This document shows, in pieces, positions 10,136-20,069 of a stretch of 37,399 nucleotides of DNA. Origin of the DNA: Octopus bimaculoides (Eukaryota); NCBI RefSeq assembly GCF_001194135.2, contig NC_068990.1:23598976-23636374 (forward strand). The letters run 5' to 3'. Made by a program: the position numbers and the translations under genes. Position 1 is the first letter of the stretch, and each line of letters begins with the position of its first letter. The notes beneath the pieces were generated by a model that ran no database searches, was not told the DNA's origin, and saw only the letters and a program-made list of their open reading frames with translations.

Positions 10136-10472
10136 TAGAATAGTGCTATGCTAATTTGCGCCAAGTACACTTCGTAAAGTGGTTGGTGAGTGAGTGAACA
10201 CAAAATACTGTTGAGAAGGCCTTTCAGCAGGTCAAGGACAAGACAACATCTCTCATGTTGGAGCCATGATTGAATGTATGCAGTACACTCTATACTAAAG
10301 TTGGTGATAGGAATATTATGCAGCCATTAAAACCAAGCTAAAATGATATGATTGAGTGAGTTGTGCCTTTTCTGTTCACCTGGGAGGGTAGCAACCCCAG
10401 AATAGGAACTGGCTTGGAATATGAACGCTTGAAATGAATGTGATGACATGCCCAGTCCATGCTGAGAAGAGG

Positions 10473-10800
10473 TTATACACATATATATATGTGTGTGTTT
10501 ATTACATACATATAAATATATATATATATATATATATACACATACATATATATATATATATATGTGTATGTATATATATGAGTGTGTGTTTGTATATATG
10601 CATTAAATGTATATACAATTACACAAACATATATATATATATAAATATCTATGTGTATGTATATATGTGTGTGTGTTTGTATATATACATTAAATATATA
10701 TATATACATATACACATACATATATATAAATATATATGTGTGCATGTATATATGTGTGTGTGTTTGTATATATATACATGCACACACACACATACATCTA
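10473..10800. repeat. Compound (TA)n/(TG)n/(CA)n microsatellite field
   Basis: Low-complexity dinucleotide sequence. Confidence 0.9.
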
Positions 10801-11004
10801 ATTATTTGTTTATATCTTTGTTTTCATAGCATGTATATTTCTATCTATATATGTTTGGTTTTATTTTGATCTCATGTATGTTTTACGTTTTGAAGTTTTT
10901 TTTTATTTTTCTAAATTTTCTTATCAGTGCAGCAGTTCCTTAAATATCGATTGTCATAAGGCTAAGCGAAATAGAGAAGAGAAAGAGTGAGGTACTTGTT
11001 TAAA

Positions 11005-11142
11005 AAGTCACCTGAGGAAATGCAATCTGTACTTGTAATGCAAGACAGTTGATTGTTATAGGTGACTTAAAACAATTGTAGTGGATTTGAATAAAGAATG
11101 TCGTGAATTCCATTCTCTTTGCTCACCTTAAGTTGCACATGT
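11005..11142 (+). ncRNA. Candidate H/ACA-like two-hairpin RNA (paralogous partial copy at 11428-11568)
   Basis: Hairpin AAGTCACCT...AGGTGACTT (11005-11068), hinge AAAACA (ANANNA) at 11069-11074, a second hairpin, and ACA at 11137-11139; 138 nt in total. Folding was done by hand only. Confidence 0.25.
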
Positions 11143-13475
11143 TCATGCAATCTGCAGTTGTTATTCTGCACATAAACATGCAAAATTTTAATTTTATGAA
11201 ACTTCAACCTCTTTGCAAGTTGTATAAGATGCATAATTCTGGTAAACTAGAATTTCTCTAATATACTTGTCAGTGATGAAGATTCTTGCTGCATCTGTAC
11301 AGATGCAAACAATTACTCAGAAACACAATCTGTGTTTTGGTGAAATATATATTTTACCTCAATAAGTTGGCTGTGAATGAAACATCAGTCTAGATATGCA
11401 TTATCAAATTCAGTGAAATTTAAATAATCACCTGAGGAAGTGAATTCTACACCTTAGATGTAAAATAATGATTGCACAATATGTAACCTCTGTATTATAG
11501 GTGTAAGAATGTGTTGAAACACTTGTAGTGATTTGAAATAAGGAACGCAGTTAATTCCATTTTTCTTTCATTTGTCTATTTTACTTTAATATTTATATGC
11601 TTCATATATTTTCGTTTTTGTTTGTTCTAACACTTAAGGCACCTTGACTCTGAGTTATCTTAACCATTGAGGACAGTTGCAATGTAGACAGTATCGCAGA
11701 ATTTGGCAGCAGAGGGGAATCCAGGAATCATGACCAGGATGTGGTCCAACCTCAAGAGTCAAAACGCATGAGGTATATGTGTATAAGGGGACTTCTCCTA
11801 AGGTCTTCCACAGTTCAGCTCTCCCTAGGGTTCCTTACTAGCTGTTACCCTGCCCTCAAACGTGGTGAGAGCTAAGCAGGGATTTGTAATGTATATGAAT
11901 ATTTCTTGTATATGAATGTATATGACTATTTCTTAGGTTATGGGGCTCTAAAAGTGGTCTCAAGGAGTAGCATCTCTGCCTTCTTGAGCTAGGTTTCCAC
12001 CATATTTCTTAAAAATCATGGTAGGGGCCTTGGTCTCAGGACCACTCATGTCTAGAAACTGAGGTTGGGGGTAAGCAAGGGCATGCTCCTCAGAAAATCC
12101 AGCTCCAAAAAAGCCTCATAATAGCAAAGGAGAATGGGCACCAGCCAACCAGCCCAAAGGTCGGGGTGGGATGCACCTGACTACCTTGGTTGCTATGGCA
12201 TTGGGGTAGACGGCTACCCCTGTTAATGGGGACAAAACCGAGATTTAAAACACTGGATGATGATGATGACAATGATGACAATTTCTTGGGGAAGTGAAAT
12301 GACATTGAAACAGAGGTGTGTGTGTGTGTGTGTAAAAAATATAAAACAAATTAAAGTTTCCAAATAAATTCTACCAGAACCTTCATTCTCGTTGTATGAA
12401 ACAGAGATGGTAATAACACACAAGGGCTAAGTATAATAATAATAATAAAAAGACAAAAAAAAAAACCGAAAAAGACCTCTAACCCTCGTTTCCACGCCAT
12501 TTTTCTTCCCCATGAGTTATTCTGAAACTCTGCCGAGTATTTGTTTTGATTGGCAGACACCTTAGGTCTATAAGAAAGGGTCTTAGTATTATNNNNNNNN
12601 NNNNNNNNNNNNNNNNNNNNNNNNNNNNNNNNNNNNNNNNNNNNNNNNNNNNNNNNNNNNNNNNNNNNNNNNNNNNNNNNNNNNNNNNNNNNNNNNNNNN
12701 NNNNNNNNNNNNNNNNNNNNNNNNNNNNNNNNNNNNNNNNNNNNNNNNNNNNNNNNNNNNNNNNNNNNNNNNNNNNNNNNNNNNNNNNNNNNNNNNNNNN
12801 NNNNNNNNNNNNNNNNNNNNNNNNNNNNNNNNNNNNNNNNNNNNNNNNNNNNNNNNNNNNNNNNNNNNNNNNNNNNNNNNNNNNNNNNNNNNNNNNNNNN
12901 NNNNNNNNNNNNNNNNNNNNNNNNNNNNNNNNNNNNNNNNNNNNNNNNNNNNNNNNNNNNNNNNNNNNNNNNNNNNNNNNNNNNNNNNNNNNNNNNNNNN
13001 NNNNNNNNNNNNNNNNNNNNNNNNNNNNNNNNNNNNNNNNNNNNNNNNNNNNNNNNNNNNNNNNNNNNNNNNNNNNNNNNNNNNNNNNNNNNNNNNNNNN
13101 NNNNNNNNNNNNNNNNNNNNNNNNNNNNNNNNNNNNNNNNNNNNNNNNNNNNNNNNNNNNNNNNNNNNNNNNNNNNNNNNNNNNNNNNNNNNNNNNNNNN
13201 NNNNNNNNNNNNNNNNNNNNNNNNNNNNNNNNNNNNNNNNNNNNNNNNNNNNNNNNNNNNNNNNNNNNNNNNNNNNNNNNNNNNNNNNNNNNNNNNNNNN
13301 NNNNNNNNNNNNNNNNNNNNNNNNNNNNNNNNNNNNNNNNNNNNNNNNNNNNNNNNNNNNNNNNNNNNNNNNNNNNNNNNNNNNNNNNNNNNNNNNNNNN
13401 NNNNNNNNNNNNNNNNNNNNNNNNNNNNNNNNNNNNNNNNNNNNNNNNNNNNNNNNNNNNNNNNNNNNNNNNNNN

Positions 13476-14248
13476 TAAGTATTTCCATCGGCGTGCTAAC
13501 GATTCTGCCAGCTCACCACCTCAACAACAACAACAACAACAATAATAATAATAATAATCATCATCATCATCCTTTCTACTAATGGCATAAGGCCGGAAAT
13601 TCTGAGGGTGGGAGCAAGTTGATTACATCGATCCCAGTGTTTCACTGGTACTTAATTTATCGAGCCCCAAAAAGGATGAAAAGCTAAGTCGACCTCGGCG
13701 GAATTCGAACTTGGAACGTAGCAACGGGCGAAATACCGTTAAGCATTTCGTCCAGCGCGCTAACAATTCGGCCAGCTCGCCGCCTTTTTAATAATAATAA
13801 TAATCTTTTCAAGGCGGCGAGCTGGCAGAATCGTTAGCACGCCGGGCGAAATGCTTAGGGGTATTTCGTTTGCCTTTAAATTCCGAGTTCAAATTCCGCC
13901 GAGGTCGACTTGCCTTTCATCCTATAGGGATCGATAAATTAAGCACCAGTTGCGTACTGGAGTCGATCTAATCGACATTCCCCCTCTTCCAAAATTTCGA
14001 GTCTTGTGCCTAAAGAGGAAAAGAATGAAAATAATCTTTTCTACTAAAGGCAGAAAACCTGATATTTGGTTATGGGATTAAGTCGATTACATCGTTCCCA
14101 GTGTTTCACTGGTACTTTATTTATCGACCCCGAAAGAATGAAAGGCAAAGTCGACCTCGGCGGCATTTGAACATAGAGCGTAGCAGCAGACGAAAAACCG
14201 CTAAAGTATTTTGCCTGTCGTGCTATCGATTCTGTTAGCTCGCTACCT
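13476..14248. mobile_element. Cluster of four family B SINEs in alternating orientation
   Basis: Partial head (-) 13476-13524; full (-) 13571-13786; full (+) 13811-14026; full (-) 14034-14248. All contain GCCGAGGTCGACTT..CCTTTCATCC or its complement. Confidence 0.9.
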
Positions 14249-14282
14249 TATAAAATAATAATAATAATAATAATAACAATGA

Positions 14283-15233
14283 TAACAAAATCCCAGCAAT
14301 GGCTGAGAAGCTCAGGACTCAAAGCAGAGACTGAGGGATTTTTAATTGCTGCACAAGACCAGAGCCTCCCCACCAGAAATTACCAAAAACACATAATGAA
14401 AAGAAATATAACAAGTAACTGTAGAATATGTGGAGATCGACAAGAAACAATAAATCATATTATCTCTGGCTGCCCAGTCCTGGCTAAGAAGGAATATATT
14501 CACAGACACGACAGAGCTGGGACCTATATACACTGGAAGCTATGCCAACACTATGGAATAACAACAGAAAAAAGATGGTATAAACACACGCCAGAAAAGG
14601 TCACAGAAAACGAGAAAGCAACCATACTCTGGGATATGCCAATACACACAGATAGAGAAATTAAGGCAAATAGACCAGATATAGTTGTCAAAGATCATGA
14701 AAAAAAAAATGCTTNNNNNNNNNNNNNNNNNNNNNNNNNNNNNNNNNNNNNNNNNNNNNNNNNNNNNNNNNNNNNNNNNNNNNNNNNNNNNNNNNNNNNN
14801 NNNNNNNNNNNNNNNNNNNNNNNNNNNNNNNNNNNNNNNNNNNNNNNNNNNNNNNNNNNNNNNNNNNNNNNNNNNNNNNNNNNNNNNNNNNNNNNNNNNN
14901 NNNNNNNNNNNNNNNNNNNNNNNNNNNNNNNNNNNNNNNNNNNNNNNNNNNNNNNNNNNNNNNNNNNNNNNNNNNNNNNNNNNNNNNNNNNNNNNNNNNN
15001 NNNNNNNNNNNNNNNNNNNNACATTCAGACAAATACATAACAAAAATACCAGGACTTACAAATATATATAACACAGAAAATTGCTCTACTGGGTACTGCA
15101 CACATTCTACGCAAAACACTTTCAATACAGTAAACATAAGAGCACCACAGCAAACCACAGCACATAACCAAGGCGCACAGAGCTGCGCTCGGTAGTGCAG
15201 TGAAAGCACGTTATAAAAATAAAACTACTGAAC
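14283..15233 (+). mobile_element. 5'-truncated R4/Dong-clade (RLE) non-LTR retrotransposon 3' end
   Basis: WLRSSGLKAETEGFLIAAQDQ, zinc knuckle CRICG..ETINHIISGC, RHD, restriction-like endonuclease RPDIVV, C-terminus QKIALLGTAHILRKTLSIQ* (stop 15131-15133), ~100-bp 3' UTR. (TAA)n lies on both sides. Contains a gap and a 2-bp frameshift near 15072. Confidence 0.9.
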
Positions 15234-15349
15234 AATAATAATAATAATAATAATAAGAAGAAGAAGAAGAACACCTAGGGTAAGCATTATTGTGCTAAAG
15301 GTTTTGCTGTGCTGCAGTCCGTCTCCGAATGCAGGTGTCGATGACTCAC

Positions 15350-15436
15350 CAGGCAGCGAAACAGCTCTGTAGGTGTTTCGTGACACCAGACATGCCCGAG
15401 GTCACCCACTGATGTAAGAAACAAAACATCTGTCAT
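15350..15436 (-). CDS. Candidate first coding exon of an unidentified gene (MTDVLFLTSVGDLGHVWCHETPTELFRCL)
   Basis: ACCATG start at 15436, 29 codons, phase-0 donor CTG|GTGAGT at 15349, CpG-rich setting. No homology recognised with certainty. Confidence 0.33.
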
Positions 15437-16424
15437 GGTGTTTCGTATTACAAAACAGTGCTGGCTATAATTTGTATAGAAAATCAGTACAGATGACCTT
15501 CGCACGTGATTTAAGTGCACTGTTAACACAATAGTACACATTATTGATGTTTAATATACTTAGTAGTATATCATAGTCGCATAACGAAATACCGTGTGCC
15601 TTCACGTCCTGAATCTAAAACTGTGCCTTTTGCATTAAGGATACATAACAGTTATAAGAATAAATGACACCAGAAGTTGCCCAGCGCTCGATTCGAAGTT
15701 GGAATATAAAAGGCCTTAGCTATATATATCGTTGACACCTTTGGTGTTTTAATTATAATTCCAGTTATATTCCTTTAGATTTTTCAATAAAAGATAGATC
15801 TGTTATAGGCTTTTTATACCTAGCTTTAAATAGCTGTTACATGGTTCAGATTTTTTTTTTGAGGTAACCAACATGTTAAGGATCGTAAAATCTTAATGCG
15901 CACATATTGAAGGCAATCAAATATTCTGCATTATTTATGCCAGGTGAGTGTATGTGTGGTGTGTGTATGAGTATGCATGTATGTATGCATACATACACAC
16001 ACAGGTGCGCATGTGTATGTATGTATGTGTGTGTATATATATATACATACACACATCAAATATTCAAATGTACAACACGACAGACAACAAAAACATACGC
16101 GTACACACGTCAGCAGACATTTAGATGATGTCAATATCAGAGATCATTGAAGAGTTATCTCCCATCAAGGAAATGAAAGTAGCATCAACTGCTCTATAAT
16201 AAACACAATAGAAAACATCCCTCCCACTTGCGCAGCCCGCCACCTTATGCAATGATTCTCATTCTTATATAATATTTCTGTAATAAAATACCAATAGAAT
16301 TCTGTTAATACTTTTTTTCCTTTTCGTTTCTTTTCCATGAAATTCAGTCGAAATTTAAAATTAATAGCCAGTAAAATAAATACATTATTAAAAACAAAAG
16401 AACACTTTCAATTTTGTTTTGGTT

Positions 16425-17519
16425 TCACTTTCCGCTATCGCATTTGCGCGAACTCTTAAAATTTTGAACTTCTTGTAAAACTAAACTTTTCCATTCGTTT
16501 AAATTTAAATCCATGTCTTCAAAGACGTTTTCGAACATTTCTGCACGAATTTGATCTTTTGGATCGTAATTTACTTTGAGAAATTCGTGTTTCAAAGCGT
16601 TTTCCACATTCAGGCGAACGTCGACATCAAGCTGTAACATTTTGTCCAACAGATCTATGGCTTGGGGGTCAACGTTTTTAAAATACTTGTTAAAGTCCTG
16701 CCTTTCGCACTTATCGAAACTTTTCAGACATTCAACAATATCACTGCACGTGAATTTTTTCAGAGTATTACTGTCTGGTGATCCAACTAGATTGAAGATC
16801 TTGAGAATTTGATCCGTAAAAGACTTACCCGCAATTAAAGGCTTTCCCGTTAACATTTCGCCCATGATACAGGCTATAGACCATACATCGGCTGTCTGGT
16901 TGTATTTCATCCAGTTAAGAATCACCTCTGGAGCGCGATACCAGCGTGTTTGTACATAACCCGTCATCTCGTTGCTAATAGATCGAGCCAGACCGAAATC
17001 CAAAATTTTTATACAGTCGTTTTCTGTAACTCCGATATTTCTTGGTTTCAAATCCCTGTGTATAACTCCGGCCGAATGAATGTACTGGACACCACACAAT
17101 ATTTGGTACACCATAGATCGAACTCGAGCTGTATCAAGGCCTTCGTTTAATATTACGTGTTTCAAATCTTTGGGATAATACGTCGATACGAAGTATAAAT
17201 CGGTAAAGTCTATTTTCGTTAAGTCTGGTGTAAAAACATCTACGAGGTCGACGACATTTTTATGCTTCATGTGTTTTAATAATCGAAGTTCCCTGTAAGT
17301 TCTCTTCGATTCATCCACTGCGAAGAAAGCACGAGTAAGTTTTTTGATGGCCACTTTGCCTTCGATTCCTTCACACGTTGCCGAGCAGACTTGGCTATAA
17401 GCTCCATTGCCGACGTAAGATAAACAATCATAATAATCTGGGCAGTACCATTTTGTATGATAGATCTCCGTGAGTTTGTAATTTGTTGGCAGTTCTCTCG
17501 GAACTGATGAGGCTGCCAT
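16425..17519 (-). CDS. p38: Intronless p38-family (TGY) mitogen-activated protein kinase, 364 aa
   Basis: Uninterrupted ORF from ATG 17519 (aagtATGG context) to TGA 16427-16425. Motifs VAIKK, KRTYRELRLLKHMKH, HRDLKPxN, KILDFGLAR, EMTGYVxTRWYRAPE, LNWM, EWKSL are colinear with p38alpha end to end. The ORF-track start at 17633 is a TTG, not an ATG. Confidence 0.96.
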   Translation of the reverse strand: MAASSVPRELPTNYKLTEIYHTKWYCPDYYDCLSYVGNGAYSQVCSATCEGIEGKVAIKKLTRAFFAVDESKRTYRELRLLKHMKHKNVVDLVDVFTPDLTKIDFTDLYFVSTYYPKDLKHVILNEGLDTARVRSMVYQILCGVQYIHSAGVIHRDLKPRNIGVTENDCIKILDFGLARSISNEMTGYVQTRWYRAPEVILNWMKYNQTADVWSIACIMGEMLTGKPLIAGKSFTDQILKIFNLVGSPDSNTLKKFTCSDIVECLKSFDKCERQDFNKYFKNVDPQAIDLLDKMLQLDVDVRLNVENALKHEFLKVNYDPKDQIRAEMFENVFEDMDLNLNEWKSLVLQEVQNFKSSRKCDSGK

Positions 17520-18254
17520 ACTTTTTCCTTGTTTTCCTCTTCCCGTTAGGTTCGTCAGAATCGTAAACAAAATAAAAATCGCGCAACTTGCTCTATAATT
17601 GCAGAAGATAAAGGGAGGTAATTCGTATACCAAAGCTTTACCTCAATTACAGAGGCATGCCGTTTTATTTTCTCTCTAACCTCATTATAAATCCTCTAAA
17701 CCACTTCATTTAAAAAAAAAATCTTATTTGCTGTGTAAAATTTTATTTCGTACACACACACACACAAACACACAGAAACCTTTAATCATTGTTATTGTTG
17801 TAACTGCGTTTTTCTCTTCATCTTTTATTGATTCGTGTTGAGATAACACTCGAGCAAGTTTCTCCTGGTTTATTTCAGACTTCTAAATGGTACTTCAACA
17901 CACCACTAAAAGCTAATAAATCACCTGTTAATTATTTTAATTACTCAGTACTACTGCTCGGACCAATGATGGTGCCTCTGCTAGAAATAACAACCGAATC
18001 TCCCTTAAATCATACTAAAATGCACTGAAATAAAACATGGAAAAAACAAAAACAAAACAACAACAACAAAAAACCCCCGAAACGGAGCATTGCATAGTGT
18101 TGTCCAAAGCATATAAAAAGGACAGGATGGTCACGGTTGACTGGAGATGAAGAAAACCGCTACGTAGTTGTTTGTTCTGAAAGAAATAACTGGTAAATCT
18201 CCCTCAAATTATACTGTTATCTTCACAAGGAAAGAGGGAGAGCACACATTACGT

Positions 18255-18529
18255 CAGGGGTTTTCAAACTTTTTGACTTGCGGACCCCTTTATATTTCAG
18301 GCTTTACCTTAGGGACCCCCTTATAAACGCTTATGAAATTTATACATAAATATTTGCTTAAAATAACATATATTTTTACATTTAGTTATTTAACTATTTA
18401 ACAAATAGGTTTATTGTCAATTAAAAGATTTCGATTAAAAAACATATGTAAAATCAAATTGCCCATAAAAAAGTATTTGCTGTCCACGGGACCCCCTGTG
18501 GTCCGCGGACCACAGTTTGAAAACCCCTG
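18255..18529. mobile_element. hAT-type (Charlie-like) MITE, 275 bp
   Basis: Perfect 16-bp TIR CAGGGGTTTTCAAACT. 8-bp TSD CATTACGT/CATCACGT. Confidence 0.92.
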
Positions 18530-18689
18530 CATCACGTATAGTCTAATGCCAAATTATACAATGTGTGAAATAAATGTGTGAATGATGGATTAAGTCTACT
18601 ACCAAAGAATGTTCATGCAGGATTTAAACTCAGAATGTCAAGAGCTAGAACAAATATCAAGGGAATTATGCTATACCCCATATTTAAAT

Positions 18690-18870
18690 TAAGGTGTTGC
18701 ACTCATCATTGTAAGATTGTGGTTTCAATTCCTGGACTGGGCGATGCATTGTGTTCACTCAGCTGGTAAACGTGAGTAATCCTATGATCGACTGGTGTCC
18801 CATCCAGTAAGGAAATATATCCACTGCAGAATCTGGAAAACCAGCCTTATGAGCTTATGGCTCGGGAAGG
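18690..18870 (+). mobile_element. Decayed SINE (head H2 + tail T1-like)
   Basis: gtaagattgtggtttcaattcctgg...ttcactcagctgg...gtcccatccag...ccttatgagc. Confidence 0.6.
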
Positions 18871-18909
18871 GGCTTTCATCCTTTTCTTTTTTGATGAATC
18901 AATCTTTTA

Positions 18910-19362
18910 CCCGTTTCAGTCACTGGGTTGCTGCCATGCTGGAGTACCACCCTGAAGGGTTTTCAATTGAACAAACCATCGCTCTCCAGAATACTTACTG
19001 TTAAAGCCTGGTACTTATTCTCTCAGTTTCTTTTGTCGAATTGCTAAGTTACAAGGATATAAACAAACCGACACTGGTCTTCAAGTAGTGAGGCAAGGAG
19101 ACAAACACAGACACTTACATACGTTAATATATATACTTTTTTTCTTTTATTCTTTTACTTATTTCAGTTATTTGACATGCTTGAGTATTGCTTTGATAAA
19201 TATATATGTATATGCACAACGGGCTTCCATACAGTTTCTATCTACCAAATTCATTCACAAGGCCTGTTGTAGAATACACTTGCTCAAAGTGCTGTGCTGT
19301 TGAACTGAACTCAAAACCACCTGGTTGCAATGCAAGCTTCTTAACTACATAGCCAAGCCTGG
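18910..19362 (-). mobile_element. Family C SINE, decayed full length
   Basis: Both halves (gccatgctggagtacc...; caacgggcttc...tttctatctaccaaatt...) in the order of the reverse complement of 36323-36716. Confidence 0.7.
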
Positions 19363-19378
19363 ATATAATTCATTAATA

Positions 19379-19838
19379 TTCTTTTCTACTCTAAGCACAA
19401 GGCCTAAAATTTTGGGGAGGGAGCCAGTCGATCAGACTGACCCCAGTACACAACTGGCACGTAATTTATCAACCCCGAAAGGATGAAAGGCAAAGTCGAC
19501 CTTGGCAGAATTTGAACTTGGGATGTAAAGACAGATGAAATACTGCTAAGCATTTTGCCTGGTGTGCTAACGTTTCTGCCATTGTGCCGCCTTATAATTC
19601 ACTAAGATTTATTGTACATGAAGGCAGCTTACTGGCAGAATTATTAGCATGCTGGGCAAAGTGTTTAGTTACATTTTGTCTGTCTTTATGTTTTAAGTTT
19701 AAATTCTGCTGAAGTCCACTTTGGCCTTCATCCTTTCTGGGTCAATGAAATAGGTACCAGTTGAGCACTGGGGTCAATGTAATCAATTTACCCCCCCCCC
19801 CCCAAATTTCTGGCCTTGTGCCAAAATTTCAAACCAAT
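19379..19838. mobile_element. Head-to-head pair of family B SINEs
   Basis: (-) 19379-19593 and (+) 19621-19838, ~27 bp apart. Confidence 0.85.
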
Positions 19839-20069
19839 ATTTATCATCACCGAGGAAATGACAAGGGACCATGACTTTGGCCATGCTGGAGCACCACATG
19901 TACTTGAACAAATCGACCCCATGACTTAATCTTTGTAAGCCTAGTGGTGATTTGTTGTACTTGAGCAGTTGTGAAAAGTCAAGTAAAATCGCTGTCATCC
20001 ATGTATACAGGCTTGTCCTTTCCAGGTACTCTTACCACATAAAATGCACTCAATGCAGTGCTGGTGCTG

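Noticed and set aside
10928-10986. Plus-strand exon CSSSLNIDCHKAKRNREEK with good acceptor and GTGAGG donor
   Set aside because: Isolated, no recognisable homology, and no compatible neighbouring exons found.
11290-11307. 18-bp perfect palindrome TGCATCTGTACAGATGCA
   Set aside because: Isolated with no associated structure; noted only.
11274-11435. C/D snoRNA (GTGATGA at 11274, CTGA at 11432); also GTGATGA at 29818
   Set aside because: Box spacing is long and there is no proper terminal stem; the second site has no D box.
16151-16163. 13-mer AGAGTTATCTCCC shared with 32781-32793
   Set aside because: A 13-bp match is expected by chance in 37 kb of AT-rich sequence.
17520-17633. 402-aa p38 as given by the ORF track
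   Set aside because: It starts at TTG; homology begins near the ATG at 17519, which has a good initiation context.
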